Shown one piece after another: positions 1 through 13,797 of a stretch of 64,000 bases of DNA; position 1 is the stretch's first letter, and every line of letters begins with the position of its first letter. Under the pieces are notes generated by a model, which was not told where the DNA came from, made no database searches, and saw nothing but the letters and a program-made list of their open reading frames with translations. This stretch comes from Amoebophrya sp. A120 (lineage: Eukaryota > Protista > Dinoflagellata), in NCBI GenBank assembly GCA_905178155.1, contig CAJINV010000008.1:3269498-3333497 (forward strand). The letters are read 5' to 3'. Both the position numbers and the translations under genes were made by a program.

Positions 1-430
1 AAAACCGTTCTGCCGCTCGTGTGCCGTGCGAATCAGAAGAAAGCTCTTGCGTGGAGGTGCTAGTGCCCGCGCCGCGGCCCGGGGTGGAAGCTACACGACT
101 GGCGGAAGTAGTTTCTTGGTGGTGCTGCTCCTCCCCAAGCGGAAATGAATCATCTGGAGCTAACGGCGGAGATATTGCGTTCCGGTTGTGCTGACCATCG
201 TTTTTATTTCTCGCGAACGACGACGCTTCGGATCCAGAATCATACTCCTCCTCAGGATCAGATTCAGGGGTCCTCGAAAATGAAGACCCTTTGCTCTCGC
301 CCTGACCCATGATATTGGCGACGACTCCACCGCCCGTCCTGGCAGTGCCAATGGCTCCTTGTTCCAAACGCGGGGAAAGATAGCAGGGACGGGAGATTCC
401 GCCTCGTCTCGTCCACCCAGCAGGTTCTTT
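1..430 (-). CDS. Possible exon of an unknown low-complexity protein running off the window's left edge
   Basis: Minus-strand frame open from ~430 to position 1 (…MGQGESKGSSFSRTPESDPEEEYDSGSEASSF…); composition resembles the other genes. Upstream exons not resolved. Confidence 0.3.
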
Positions 431-3400
431 TTAGCGCTGCCCCATGTGCTGGAAAAATTCGGAAAATCAACCGAGGTTCCGCAAAAATACTTGAGCCATG
501 TCGTGTCCGTGTGAAAGAATAGCTCCTTTCATTTCTTTTTTACCGTGTATCCTTACGGCCCTTGCCGGAGCCGGGGGCACTTCATCTCGTCACCTGTGAC
601 CTTGCACAAGAAACGCTTTCTTGTGTATGACAGGCACACTAAAAGGGAGTGCCACGTGCGCTAGCTGGTGAGTGTCTCGCTCCTGCCACCTCGCGGGAAA
701 AAAGGCAATCCAAAAACCCCCCCGTCGGGTTTTGAAGATAATGATAACATCCGGAGGACGGGAGGCCATAGTGGAAACGCACATCATAGCAACAGCCACA
801 CACTTTTATTGTTTACAGGCACCCCCAGTCCCCATGCACGGTAAAAATTTAGCGCGACTTTACTTGTTCCTCTACTAAACTTGTACTTCTAGTACCTAAC
901 GATGCTCACGTGGAACATTATTGATCTTGTACCAAAACCTACGAGGGAACATCGATGATGACTGTCTAAATTGCGTGCATCGCTGCAAAGGGAAACCGCG
1001 GTTCCACACGGGAAACCTCCTGAAAATGAAACATGAGAAAATGATCATGGATGGTGCTAGCGCAAGTGTGAGTGCTTCTATATGCATGTAATATCGATCG
1101 CCGAGCGTGCATGTAAGCACCGACTGCGGGGGGGGGGCAAGCATGGATGTATCCAAGAGAAAAACTGCTGCTAATAAGAAGAAAGAACTGCGTACCAGAT
1201 GAGCGCTACGGATAGGATCAGTTCTAGCATCTTTGCGTGCAGCCAGCCGAGCAAGGCAGTACAAAACGGATGATCTTCCTTCCACCTCTGTCTTCGTGTC
1301 ACGTCTTGGTCTTCTACGCACTTCAAATAAAGAACGAACAACGATCGAGGCCTCATCTTGGTTCTCTGCAATAAGTACAAATTCAAATGACGGCTTGCCA
1401 CGACAGCCGCGACGCCAAAGGCAAGAGGTGTATTCTTATTTCTTCCTTTTCTTCCTAATAGTCAAAGAAACTCGTCGTTTTTCGTCGCACGGCATTTCGT
1501 CGCTATGCCGTACACCAACTTTTTGTCAATAACTTTTTTCCTCTTGTGGTGTGGTGAGAGAGAATCTCATGCCTTTTACAGAATTGATGCAGGAGCAAAG
1601 AAGAGCTTCTTGCTCATTCTTTATGAGAGTTCTTCATCAGTAAAACCTCTGCCTGCTAGATGTTAACACGATGGTGTTGCAGATAATTTTTTGTGAAAAC
1701 TCCAAACCCTACTTGTACTTACCACAACACCTCCCGACGCCTATAATCACCACACTCCGAAAATGCCCTGATCGACCCATTGCTACTTCTTGGCACGACA
1801 ACTACGTTGATCTTTATACTAGACGTGGGGTCGTCGCTTAAGGAAGCGAGCCGGAGTCTACCGTTGATTCCCAAACAGTAACTGAAAGATACCATGCCGC
1901 CCGCAGCCAACGAAAGCGGAGCTTAAAAAATCCGATTCAGCTCTTTCAATCGCATGTGGAAGTGAGGTTAATTTTGCTCGTGCGCTCCTTCCAGATGAAG
2001 AAAAACGCAAAAAAGAGCGACCTACGGAGCATGCGAGGAGAATGAAGAAAATCTCGTCGGCACTTCCACATCGGCGGTGGCGGTCCACAACTGGACCAGC
2101 CTAGTACTTCATTTCTGCAGAGAATTGAAGATGCTACAAAAAGTATTCGCAGTGACAATGAAGCCATGGCCCACTTCAGTTTCCAACTGGAGGAGACCAC
2201 CAGTCCATTCTTCTTCCGACAAGAATAATGATGACGCTGGCAGGAGTGTGCCCTTTGGCGGACTGCTGTGATGTGCTACTCCCTCCTCCAGCCCGAGGAC
2301 GAAACCAATCGCAAATAATATCGCTACTGCTTTTCTCATCTTCTGCGAGAAAACGTTGCCCAAAAATCGAAATCCGCCACGAGACCGTGCTTGCCACTGC
2401 GTAGCCACGGCCCGCTACAGATTCTGTACTGATATATAAGAGTATTTTATCTTTTCCTTTCGACCACGTTTTTCCCTTTGAATCTATTCCATAAAAAGCT
2501 GTGCCTGTTCTGCCTGATAAGGAAAAAATTACCGTCGTCAGAGCTGGAGCAAATACCCACCAGGGCCGCGGAGTTCTTGTGTAGCAGTGACAACAGGGCT
2601 GGACTTATCATCTACATATTTTAGGCGATTGCGATTTTCTTCTTGTGTTTGGGCATAAACTTGCGGCACCTGCTCTCCTGGCTAGCTTGAGAGAGCAAGA
2701 AGTTAACAGTATTTCACATGTCATTGCGCACTAGTGCAGTGGTCACTAGATTTTATTGTTACAACAAGCAGCCATGTCGAGTGACCACGGCGTAGTTCAT
2801 TTCCATTTGTTCAAGAATAGCGCACAGACGCACATTGTAGTCATGAGGCACGCCAACCTATGTATAAAATTTTGCTGCTGAGTAGTGTAGTCGTGCCACA
2901 CCCGCATGTCGCTAAACACTAACACACTGCTGGTTAATACAAATCTTTTATTTTGCGATTAAAGGGTAGAGATTCTATGCTGTCTTCGACTAGAAAAAGG
3001 GCCACCGCGACCGCCTCATCCGGTGGCCGCATATGTCACTAAGAAGCGTGCCATGCGTGCATTTACGATATATTGCTTTGGTCGTGCATTTACGATGTAA
3101 TAACTTGATCCTTGTCGTCATCACGTGACAAGATGAAAGATAGATTCGCTTATGGTTATGCGGTTGCGGGAACGAATTATAGCTAATGCGAAATAATCTT
3201 GAGTCTTAGTGTCAGTACGCATTTCACCTCCGAATTTCGTTCAACAATCCGGCCGGCTTAGCACTCCTGTTGAAGTACTAATCCGACCAGACATTTACTA
3301 TCAGTGGCAAAGTGTGTCATACACGACCCCGAACCAGTCTGTCGTGAACGTGGAAGATGAATACGAGCGTAAGTAGCAGCTTTACGACCTCTCGTTACCT

Positions 3401-4422
3401 AGTGACTTAGACTTTTTCACAAAGCCCTACTAACATCACTAGTATCCAAATAGAAAACAAAGAAACCTTACAGTGCTGCGAAGCAACTTTCCCCTAGTGG
3501 AGAAAGAAAATTGCAGTGTCGCTCTTCAGACTAGACTTGTCGTGCATTTTTTTTGTGATGGAAATTGTTAGTGAGTCACCCTTGGTGCGTATCATTTTCA
3601 TTATGGAGAAAGGAATAGATACACCGCTGCAGTGTTGCAGACGCAGCGATTTCACTTTTTTCGAGCTATAGTTGTCTCGGCCTTTCTTTATATCGTTAGT
3701 ATATCAGCTCTGTATTTCGGTTCTTCCTTATCATTATCTGTTGTATGAATCCAATTGCATTTTTTGTCTTGCCCAATCTCGGGGAGAAAAGCGCCATATC
3801 AAAATGTAAATTACATGAAAAATCATCTTCTAGTCAGCTCTTTTAAATGCCGTTGTTTCCTTTCGTTGCAAGAATTATTTTTTTGCGCATTGTTCTTTGC
3901 CGGCTATCTCTAGATACAATATCCTCTCTTTTATCAGGATAGTTACTGCCACCGTCAACGACGCAGACGTTGCGTCTTCTGAGTAAGTAAATAGCCTGGA
4001 AAATCCAGTCTGCAGCTGACAGAGACAGAAGAAAGTTTTTCTATCTGAGCTATAGCTTGCGCTTGGCCGTTGTTTCAGTCATAAAATCATTAATTCTTTT
4101 CGTTTTGCATCCACTTTGCATTTTTGCTAGCAAGCGGAATCGTCCTGCATCTCGTCATTTTTATTTGCCGTTCTTTGGTATACTTTCAGCTAGTAGATAA
4201 TTTTCATTTTGCATTGTCGAACTACTAGTACATCGCCATATGTCTCACAGCTATTGCAATGATCGGCCGATCGTCGCCTTAGAAAACGGAAAGATTACAC
4301 AACATGCAATATTAAACCCCTCTGTGAAATTCTCATCGTCTTTCGATCCGAAGTAAATGGTGAAAACCGGCCGCGATGGGTGTCCATCTTTATTCATTCA
4401 CCTCCCATAGTATGATACTGCC

Positions 4423-7400
4423 TCACATCGTCCCGCAGGGCGGCAGCTCAGTCGGGTGCGGTCTGTAGTAGCCCGGACCGAATTCTCCACGGTACGGCCG
4501 GCCATGCGCGTCCACATCTTCTGCCTTGGGAACGCTATAATCGTCGGCCTCGCGGCTTTCGGTTTCACTGACGGCAGGAGGTGAAAATGAATTTCCTTTG
4601 CCGCGGGGGCACAGATCTTTTGACAACGACTTCACCGATGCCCCGCTGTTGCTGCTTCCGCCAAAACTGCTCTCTAGGCTTCTGCTACTGATCGTGCTGT
4701 CAGCTTCTGAATACAGGTCATCCTCATCGACGTCGTCGTCGTCGCCCGGCGCACTGGCACTGCCGCGGTCCTCCTCGGGTGGTCCGGGGCTCGTGTTGCG
4801 ACTGAAAATGCCGCAAAAATGGGGCGGGTGCGATGACCCGTCAAGATCTTGCGGCTCACCAGCACCATCTGCAGGCGGACGTAGTGATTTCTGTTCCGCC
4901 TCGTCCTCTGCAGAGTAGGCGTGCGGCACCGTGTGCCGCGGCGGGTTCATCTTGCAACCTCCCACCCTTTCCTGGGCGGAGTCGTTGCTTTTATGGAAAA
5001 GCATGTGCGCTCTTCCGTCATCACACGTGAAAAAATCCTCGAAAGATTTCTCTTCTCCGAAGCCATCGCCTGTCATTTTCGGGTTGTCGGCACCCCCGCA
5101 GCCACATCCACACAGGGTTTTATTTAATAGCGGTGTACTTGTTCCACTTCGTGGAGACGCAGAGCTGTCATCGTGTTCCCTTCCTCCTTATCCCAGAGAA
5201 AAAAGCTGGCAGGGCATATTTGTAAGAGCGGGGTAACAAACCTCCCATAAGAAGTTACCGGCTAACTTCTCATCCACCCGGCCGGGTGGATGAGAAGTTA
5301 GCCTCAGCGAGCCCGTCCGCGGTTGCTACCCCTTTCCCCGTCCGGCTCGCGCCCGTCCGTCGTTCCCATTCCCAGATCTGAAGCCATTTGGAAAAAAGTG
5401 CTATCAAAAAGCCTTGCGCTCTGATCCTTTTCGGGCGTGCACTCCCTTCAGGTTCTATAGCTTCGGCAGTGCTGAGAGCGCTCCGGCCCTAAACCTCAAG
5501 ACGGATGTCAAGAGGTCTACGCACGTATGCGCGCGAGTAGTTGGCTGCGAGTTAAACCTATGCACTTTCCCCCCTGGTTACTTCGTGTTGGTTGGTTTGG
5601 TTGCGAGTTAAACCAGACTCGCAAGGGGGGAAAATGCATATCAACCAAACCAACCAACACGAAGGAACCAGGGGGGGAAAATGCATATCAAGCAAATGCT
5701 ACTTACTTTTACATGCATGCTAGAGACTCTAGGAGTAGAAATGCGTAGCAAATGCTACTTCCTTGGAGAGATATCGCGAATTACAACTTTTGCGCGCATA
5801 TATTAAAGTGCTCAATTCCTTTTACATGTGCTCACCCCCCCCCCCCTCCAGCCGAGATCTGGGAATGGGAACGACGGACGGGCGCGGCGAGCCCGACGGG
5901 GAAGCCGGTAGCAACCGCGGACGGGCTCGCTGAGGCTAACTTCTCATCCACCCGGCCGGGTGGATGAGAAGTTAGCCGGTAACTTCTTATGGCAGGTTTG
6001 TTACCCCGCTCTAATGCAAAAATAAATACACAGAAAAATTTGTCATGGGTGGCCCCATAGCATGCTGTTTTGGATATGCAATACAGATTTTTTTGTGTAT
6101 TTATTTTCGCATTACAAATATGCCCTGCCAGCTTTTTTCTGTGTGATACTCCTCCAGCACCACTTTCATTTTCAGCTTCAACTTTTTCGTCCTCGCGGAT
6201 CATTTTTTCTATGCCGGGATGCATTCCCTCGCCCCGCCTGGCCGCCCGGGCCGTGTGCCACTCCTCATCCGTCAAGAAGCGCGCCAGTTCGGCCTCGCTC
6301 AGCGGCGCGAGATGCGCGAGCGGGGGAGGAAGAGGGGACAGCTGCCGTACCAGAGCCGGACTGTTGCAGCACGTGCAGGAATCTTGTTGTACCTGTGACG
6401 CTTCACCATCTTCACATGGTCCGCCTACAACTTCTAGGCCACTTCCACTATTGTTCCCTAGTTGTACTACCCTTTGTTGAAATTTCTTGCCACAGACCGG
6501 GCAAAAATGCTCCAGAGTCTCCTCGTCCTCGACCACGGTCTCAGGCAGGCTGTCCGCAGAATCAGACCGCTTGTCACGCAGGCCGCTAGTAGAGATCATG
6601 CCAGAGCTCTTCGTCTGTCCGTGGTCTTCTGCCTGCGAGGTCACCGAGGAGGAAGAACTGCTAGGACCGGAGGTGGACGATGACCCGCCGCTGGACTTCC
6701 GTTCCACCTCCATTTCGACGTCGCGCCCTATCGTCCCGCCACCGGACAACTTCTCGTGTGCTTCTGCGTCCTCCTCGTCCGAAGCGTGTTCCTTTTGTCC
6801 CTCGAGTACTATTGGCAGTCTCTCGTCACACAAAGACTGCTTCAATTGCCGATTGTAGTGGTTCAGCAACACCGCCTGCGTCTCCTTCGTGATGTTTTTA
6901 AACCCGTGCTTCCCGCTATCGTGTGTAAAACCATATTTTAATCCATTTTCCCAAAGTCAAGAACAAAAAGTTGGAATTTCTGCATTAGCCAAGTTCAGAA
7001 GTTTCGGCACTCCTCATGAATGACAAGTGATCCTCGTCTGGGCACATATTGTAGTACTGGTTAGGTAGTGCAGTAGCATCGCAAAAATAAAGCTGGCGCC
7101 TTATCCTGTTTTACGCAGCAATTCGATTGGTTCCAAATGCCATCAAAAGACCATATACAACATGATAAACTCGCCGCTAGGCGTCGTCGGCATGTGTTTC
7201 TGTATGACCAAAAAAGTGGGATCAGCATGAATACGTCTACGTTTTTACACCGGACGATACCTACCCAGCAGCGCCTTCGCTCGCGCCCGGGTTGTGCTCG
7301 GACACGACGCACGCGGAAGTACCATATTGGCATCATCATGCTCGACCGCGTTCTTGAGGGCTTTCTGGCGTTCTCTTTGCGTGGTGAACTGGTTCCACCG

Positions 7401-10400
7401 CTTCGCCGCTATGGTGCACGAGTTGAACAACTGCCGCAGCCGCGGGTGCACACCACCAGCTGGCGGCTGCGGAGTTGTAGCACGTCTATTTCGCGCTGTC
7501 GGTGAGGAAGAGGTGGACGGCGACGCGCCCCCCGGGGACGAGAAATCTACTTTCTGTTCGGGACTACTACTAGCCGCTTCGTCTACTACAACTTCTGCAT
7601 CCGCAAAGTAGTTCAGCTTTTGATTCTGCTCCTCGACCGCTTGCACCGAGGGAACTTTATACATTACATGGTTCAGATTTTGCCGCAGATTTCCCGACGT
7701 CGGCAGGACCCCTGCTCCCCCGCGGCCACCTGTGCTCGTACCTCCCGCGGGAGGCGGCGCACCGGTGCCTGTGGAAGAAGCGGCCCAACAACCCTGCTGA
7801 CGGCATGCATTCTTACCTCTGGTGTCTTCTTGGTCATGGTGATGTATCCAACCGCTTATTCCGCTGCTGCCACCGCAGCTGCGAACTACTTGTTCCATAC
7901 CTTGTCCCGCATGAGATGGACTCGTCTCGCTGGGGATTTCGGATAGGCGATTCAGCTCCTGGGCGAACCGCCTTGCGCGCGGGTAGGGGCACACGACCAT
8001 CCGCTGAGGTTCTAGTTCCAAAACTCCGAATCGTTGACTTAGTGCCCGTTCATTCATACATTCAACCTGGTCTCGGTCATCTTCAGTGCGGTCAAACAGG
8101 TCAAACCGACTATGATCCTGAACTTGATCTCCTACTTCTTCGCCCCCCTCACCAGCATGTTCGCCGGCGAAAGCCGATGATGCATCGCCATTTTCGCCAC
8201 CAGCCGCACGGCAAAATGATTCGCGCTCACTGTTGTGCCCGGCGACGTTGTGGTGAACGTGATCGTGAACCCCGACCGGATGATTATAGACAGCTCCTTC
8301 TCGCGGCCTACTGCAAGAACTGCCAGAAGATCTACTTGCGCCGCCGGCCACACAACGACCCGGTGTAAGAACGTCGAGAGATGCGCTGGGTACTACGCCG
8401 AGCGAGAGGTTGCCAAAAAACCACCGCAGGTTTTCCTGTTCATCCGGCTGCTCGATCAGCATCTCGTCGTTCTCGACCTTGTTCGGGTCCACCCGTACGC
8501 CGTTTGATGCCGCGGGACCCCCGCAGTGGCCGCCCATCAAAAAAGGCAGCTGGTCTCCGCAGTCGGAACTTGCAAACACAATCCCAGAATAGCAGCCGCC
8601 CACCGGGTCGTCCACGGGCGGCGAAATGGCGCGTCGGAGCGGAATGTCGGGCAGATTCACGAACGCAGCGATAGCGTCGTCGCTTATCGCCGTCGACGTA
8701 AGCCGTGCACCCGCGGTGTTGAATTTTTGGCCACGCTCAGATGAATTCATCCAACCTACTGCTGTCTGACAAGAACCCCTTGCAGCAGCTGAGCTCGCGC
8801 CCACGCCTTCCTCGGAACTAAACTCATCGAAGTCCGCATGCTGCAAACCGCCATCGTTTGGAAATTGCCTCTGTCTACAGTTAAATCCTTGATGTTGCGG
8901 CTGCATGTCTTGTTGTACTTCTTGCCCGGACATCGCAAGCGGCGAAGTTTGCGTAGTTGTCCCGTGCCGTTGCTGAAATAAGTAAGAGCTCGACAAGAAC
9001 CCTTCCTCCACAACTTCAGGGATCGCTGTTGATCTCTGCTTGCGTTCCCTTGTCTTGAATTCATCACGACCCTTTGCTCGTGACCTTCCTGCGTCCGCAC
9101 TTTTTGACCTCGGAGCGGGCGACGCGCTGGATCCTTTTGCTTTCGATTTTTTTGTCTTCTTGTTCCCGATCATGCTGGAACTGCCTGCACCGGCATCCTT
9201 TGTGTTCCTGCTCTCTTGATCATGTCGAGAACCGGTAGATGCCCCCGCCCCGCGCAGCAACGCGTGCTGAATTTCCCGCTGGATTTCAAACTGCAGGCTC
9301 GCAGTACTCGCCATTGCCCAACAGGCGGTCCCGCACTGCTGAAACGGCGCCAGTATTGGTTGCGGACCTGACCTCGAGCCGGAAGAGCCTCCACCTCCGC
9401 CGCAAGTTGAATGATGACCACCCCCCGCCGCCACGCCGTGTTGAAAGGCGTGGTGCCCGAAACTCTCGTGCAGCTGAATCAGTTCGTGTCGCTGCTCCTC
9501 TTCTTCCACTTCCTCCAGCCGCAGTCCCACATGAATTTGCGCATCCTCCCCGTTCCGCCTAGAAAAATCGCCGAGCCGCTTCAGCTCGATGGCCTTCAGA
9601 TGGCGTTCTTGAGGCACGACCAGTGGCGGGAGAGGCTGTAGTTGTACTACCTCTTGTGCTCCTCCTGCAGCTGCTGCTCCCGCAGGTAAGACACACGCGG
9701 GTTGTTCCTCCGCCGCAACGTCTCTACCAGTCTGCATTGGACCGGTGACTGCAGCATTTTCATCGGAATTAGCAGGAGATTCTGTTATGGTGTGTCAAAT
9801 GGTTTCCATTCAATCCATCTCCTGTTTCAAGAAGATGCACCTACGCATCTCGATCTTTTTGTATAGGCCGGCGCCTAAAAGCCATTTATTGGTTGGTTGA
9901 GAAAGACACATCCTCAGCAACAAGAAAAACACCAAAAGCTGATCACGAAAATTCACCTGCGGTAACAAATTTATCATTAGTACCCAAAGCAGGGACGCAG
10001 CGGGCATCGCTGGTGCGTTCTGCTGTGGCGGCTGTTGCGTCAGCATCTTCCTGCTCTCGTCCACCACCCGCAGCAGATGATCTCCCATCATGGCCGTCCG
10101 CCTGCACGCCCGGAAAAATGATATCTTCGTCCAACAAGTTAAAATGCTCCCAACCCCGACTGCTTTTCCGCTGCAGGAGTGGTTGGCCAAGCAGCGGCTC
10201 GTGAGCTTCCACTGGTGACGATGTTCTTCTTGTAGCGGGAACGAACGACATGTCCGGCGGGGGGGCGACCGCCGGTTCTGGTGTTTCTGCTCCACCTGCC
10301 GGGAACAAGTTGCTCCGCTCGACAGGTCTCGTTACCTCGTCCATAGAAGTTGACGTCCTATCAACTTTCTCTACCACCGTTTCGTACCAGGTAATTGCCG

Positions 10401-13400
10401 GGCTGCACATGAACAAAACCGGGGGATTTTCCCCGTACTCGAACTCCTGATCCTCTACTTCTGCGGTCGCAAAAGAACCCGCAAAAGCCGCCCCGGTAGG
10501 ATGTGCCACTTGATCGTGGAAAGCGTGCCCGTCCTCTTGCTGCGCTCCTCCAGGCTGGTGATCATGGCCTAGCTGCTCTCCTGAAAAGAACGTCTCCTTT
10601 TGTTCATCTCTTGCCATATCTTTAACTTTCGGGTTCCGTTTCCGCAACTCATTCGCGAACCACTCCAAGTGCTCCCGCCGCTCCAGTCGCTGCACAATCT
10701 GCATCTGCGCCAGGCTGTCCAGCGGCATCCGCCCCTTGCGCACCCGCTCGAACAGGTCCGGGATCACGGGGGGCAGGAAAACGTCCGCATGCGCGTCCCA
10801 GTGCGCGGCCAGAACCATGAGTGCCTTCATCAGTTTGAATTGGTCGTTCACAGACTCGAGCTGGTGAATGGTGAACGGCTGGGACTTGGTGGAACCGGCT
10901 CGTGTAGTTCTTCTCGACCCTGGCTCATTACACGCTCTGGAAGCGGGCGCCGCAAGCGCAACAGCTAGTACACGACCCGGGGCAACTTCTGCTTCGTCCT
11001 TCAGGTGCACCGTCGGGAGGGAAAGCATTGCTTTCCAGTTGTCCTGCACGGCCTGGTGCAGAAAACGGAAGGTCTTCTTCTCGAGGAGGAGCCGCACGTA
11101 GAGAAATGCAAAGGGCGAGTCGTGGAGCAGGTGGACAAGCTCGCTGACAGGAACAGGAATTGGTGGCGCTCGAAGGAATTTCTTATTCATCTTGTTCATG
11201 ATGAATTCATTCTGCTGATGATTTGATGAAGGATTTTGTTCCGACCATCGTTGCTTTTCGCGTTCAACATCTTGCACCTGCTGCTCTTGGCCCCCGTGGT
11301 CCTCGCGGCGCCGGCTTTGCCGCTCGAGCTGAACGTGCTGCTTCGCCAAGTCGGCCAGGCTATCCGTGCTGCTCGAGGAGCTGGAACTTCGCGACATGCC
11401 GCCTGGTGCCCCCAGCACGCGCTTGGATTTCTTCAATAAACTAGAGGAAGTGGCGGCACGAGGAGGACTGCCTCCTGCGACGAGAGCCGCCTCACCAGCA
11501 GAAGGAGCAGTTTGTACAAGTCCTTGCGAGGAGGGGGCCGTGGAGGACATATTGAACTCTCCTTCCTCTTGCGGCGACCCCGTTGATGGAGCCGTTCCCT
11601 TTTTGACAGGAACTCCTGTGCCTGTTGCACTCCTGTGAACAAGATCATGGTCGCCAACAACGACAGAGATCGTGTCGGGAAACATGAACGGCCTGATCAG
11701 GAACCGAAACAAATTCCTCGTGCCACTCTGGTGCTTTTTACTTCGGTTGCTCAGTGTTCCCGCTCGCATGTGACGGATGGAATGATCGTCCTCCGCGTAA
11801 CCCGTGGTCTTCCAATTTCGCACTAATTCTGCTGCCAATATTTGGTCATAATACGCCGCGGGATGCTGGTCGGTCTTCCTCACGTGCGCCCGGGTGTACG
11901 TCGTGGGCGCCGCTCCCCCCTCGAAGGCCAGTGGGTCGTCGTGGTGCAGCTGCTGGTGCTCTACTTCAAAGGCGTTTTTAGGCAGACCATGACGAGATCC
12001 CTCACCATGATGTTCTTGTGTAGTCAGTGAAAGAACATCCGCTCCTGCACCATCATGCTCCTCGTCCCTACTTACAGAAGTACTTTCCAGCGAACTAAAC
12101 TTCTTTTGCGAATAGTCGTGCAGGATATCCTGAAAGCAGTCCTCGCCGCAGAGGTCGACCAGCAGCAAAACGACTCGCAGCGCCGGTGACATCGGCAGGC
12201 CCTTCGCCACCCCTGATCTTCGCTGATGTTGTTCATCTTTGCCAAGACGTTGCAGTAATGCGCGGTCCTCGTGATCCTTCTCTAGAAGATGTACTTCGTC
12301 CCTTTCTGTACAACTGGAAGTACTGTCCTTGACCTGCTTAAACATTTCTTGGCTCTCACTCATCGCGATCACGAGCTCCATTTGTGGGCTCTGAAGTAGA
12401 TGATCCCTTGCGGCCTCGAGCTCCTCCCGAGCAGTAGGGGAGGTGCTACTGCTGCTAGAAGTTGTCCTTGCTGCAAGCAGAATTGCCTCGCTGAGAGGTA
12501 CAGGACCAAGAAGACCGCTAGAAGAAGATGAATTCGAAGTGGCCGGCAGGGGCGTAGTGTGGTCTACTTCTTGTGTAGTTTCGCCACGACAGGAGCCATC
12601 TGCTGCGGGTGCGCCCCCCGCCTCTTGTCCCGTTCTACAACTTCCGGAAGTAGAACTGCATGCAGTAGAAGATGAAGAGGCGGCGGAAGCTGCATTAAAA
12701 CTATTTCTACCGTTGCTGCCGTACCACAGAGCCCTCTCGACGTCGACCTGTGCGATTTGCTCGTCCCCGAAAAACGCCAGTAAGACTTCGGTGCACCACA
12801 GCTGCCGACTCATCTGCTTCGCCCGCTGCAGCTCGTGGCTTGTCATCCGGCCCAACCGACGAAACTCTTGCTCCTGTTCGGTGGATAAAAAAGCGTTTTT
12901 GTTCCTTCCCCCGAGGATCTTCTCAAATTCGTCCCCGTCGTTTTCCGGGGCCAGAGTTTTCAGGATGTAGCTGACCCACCGCTCCGCCCCGGCCTCGGTC
13001 TGGATAAACCGGAAATCTATCGGCGGTGGCTCTGGCGTCTCCTCGGGATGATTCTGCTGGTGCTTGCGGTCCAGCTGGTTCTGCACCTCTTGGGAAGCGG
13101 AAAGGGGGGCCGCGATGGGTATGGCGTGGTCCCGCCTCGACGCATCAGAGTCGTCTACTACTTGTTCTTCGACCGATGCATCTACTACTTGTATTTGTTC
13201 CCGCCCCGGGTTACCATTATTTTCCTCGCGCGAGTCGCTTGCGGATAATCCAAACATACTCTTCGACTTACCGTGTTCGTCCGGGTCCAGACCTGAACTC
13301 GAGGTTGTAGATTTTTCTTCGTCTTCCTTGGGTTTAGCTGTAGAACGACCACCGTGTTCCACTTCTACCTCCATGCCAGTAGGAGGTCCAGTTGTTTGCC

Positions 13401-13797
13401 CCGGCAGCTCCGCCCCACCAGCCTGGAATTTCGCAGCAGCCACGGAATCGAAGAGGAAGGGCAAAAGCAGCACCCGCAGGGCTTTCCATCTCTTTCCGCC
13501 AACAAAGGGGCGGTGGTCCGACCACATGGTCGTGCTACCACTACTTCTAGTTCTGTGATGGATAAAGTAGCTTGACGTTCTTTTCTGTGTCAAGTCGCGG
13601 CAGCTCTGCGTGCTTTTCACGCCGAACCTAGCGGCACCGTTCTTGTGGTAATCCCGGAGCCGCAGTGGTGGAACTACAAGAGCGGTCGTGTTTGTTGCAA
13701 AAGTTTCTGACCTGGAGCTGCTCTCCCCGTAGGAGCTTTCCTCTTCGGGGAACAGTGCTTGATGTTCTCTTGCGAACTTCGAGTTGTAGGTTGCCAT
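4423..13797 (-). CDS. Large (~2,600 aa) low-complexity hypothetical protein, 4 exons (13797-9957, 9781-7261, 6915-~6149, ~5183-4423)
   Basis: ORFs 9943..13797, 7245..9737, 5832..6872 and 4423..5076 join in frame via GT-AG introns 9782-9956 (…TAESPANSDE…) and 6916-7260 (…LLGSGKHGFK…) and the introner at 5189-6148 (…ESGAGGGREHDD…). No recognisable domain; a small Cys cluster CPVCG…CTCC lies near 6370-6510. Confidence 0.75.
5189..6148. mobile_element. TIR introner (about 171 bp once the nested MITE is removed)
   Basis: Perfect 5-bp duplication CTCCT (5184-5188, 6149-6153). Long imperfect TIR TATC(C/A)CA(G/C)AGAAAAAAGCTGGCAGGGCATATTTGTAATGC…, whose left arm is split by the MITE. Removing element+5 nt restores the frame. 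Confidence 0.85.
5226..6011. mobile_element. PIF/Harbinger (Tourist-like) MITE nested in the introner
   Basis: TAA duplication (5223-5225, 6012-6014). ~155-bp imperfect TIRs starting GAGCGGGGTAACAAACC, each with a perfect 44-bp palindrome (5260-5303, 5934-5977). Internal inverted repeat ~5559-5603/5642-5687. Superfamily call rests on the TAA TSD. Confidence 0.8.
6916..7260 (-). other. GT-AG intron retaining introner-like TATC…GATA termini
   Basis: Minus strand AG|GTATCGTCCGGTGTAAAAAC…GGTTTTACACACGATAG|C; 345 nt; joins two same-frame ORFs. Confidence 0.75.
9782..9956 (-). other. Canonical GT-AG intron
   Basis: GCAG|GTGAAT…TAACAG|AATCT; 175 nt; phase-1 join keeps the frame into ORF 7245..9737. 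Confidence 0.65.

Noticed and set aside
490-498. CTTGAGCCA (and CCGTAGCCA at ~45778) as dinoflagellate spliced-leader relics
   Set aside because: Only 9 nt of the 22-nt leader match, which is compatible with chance.
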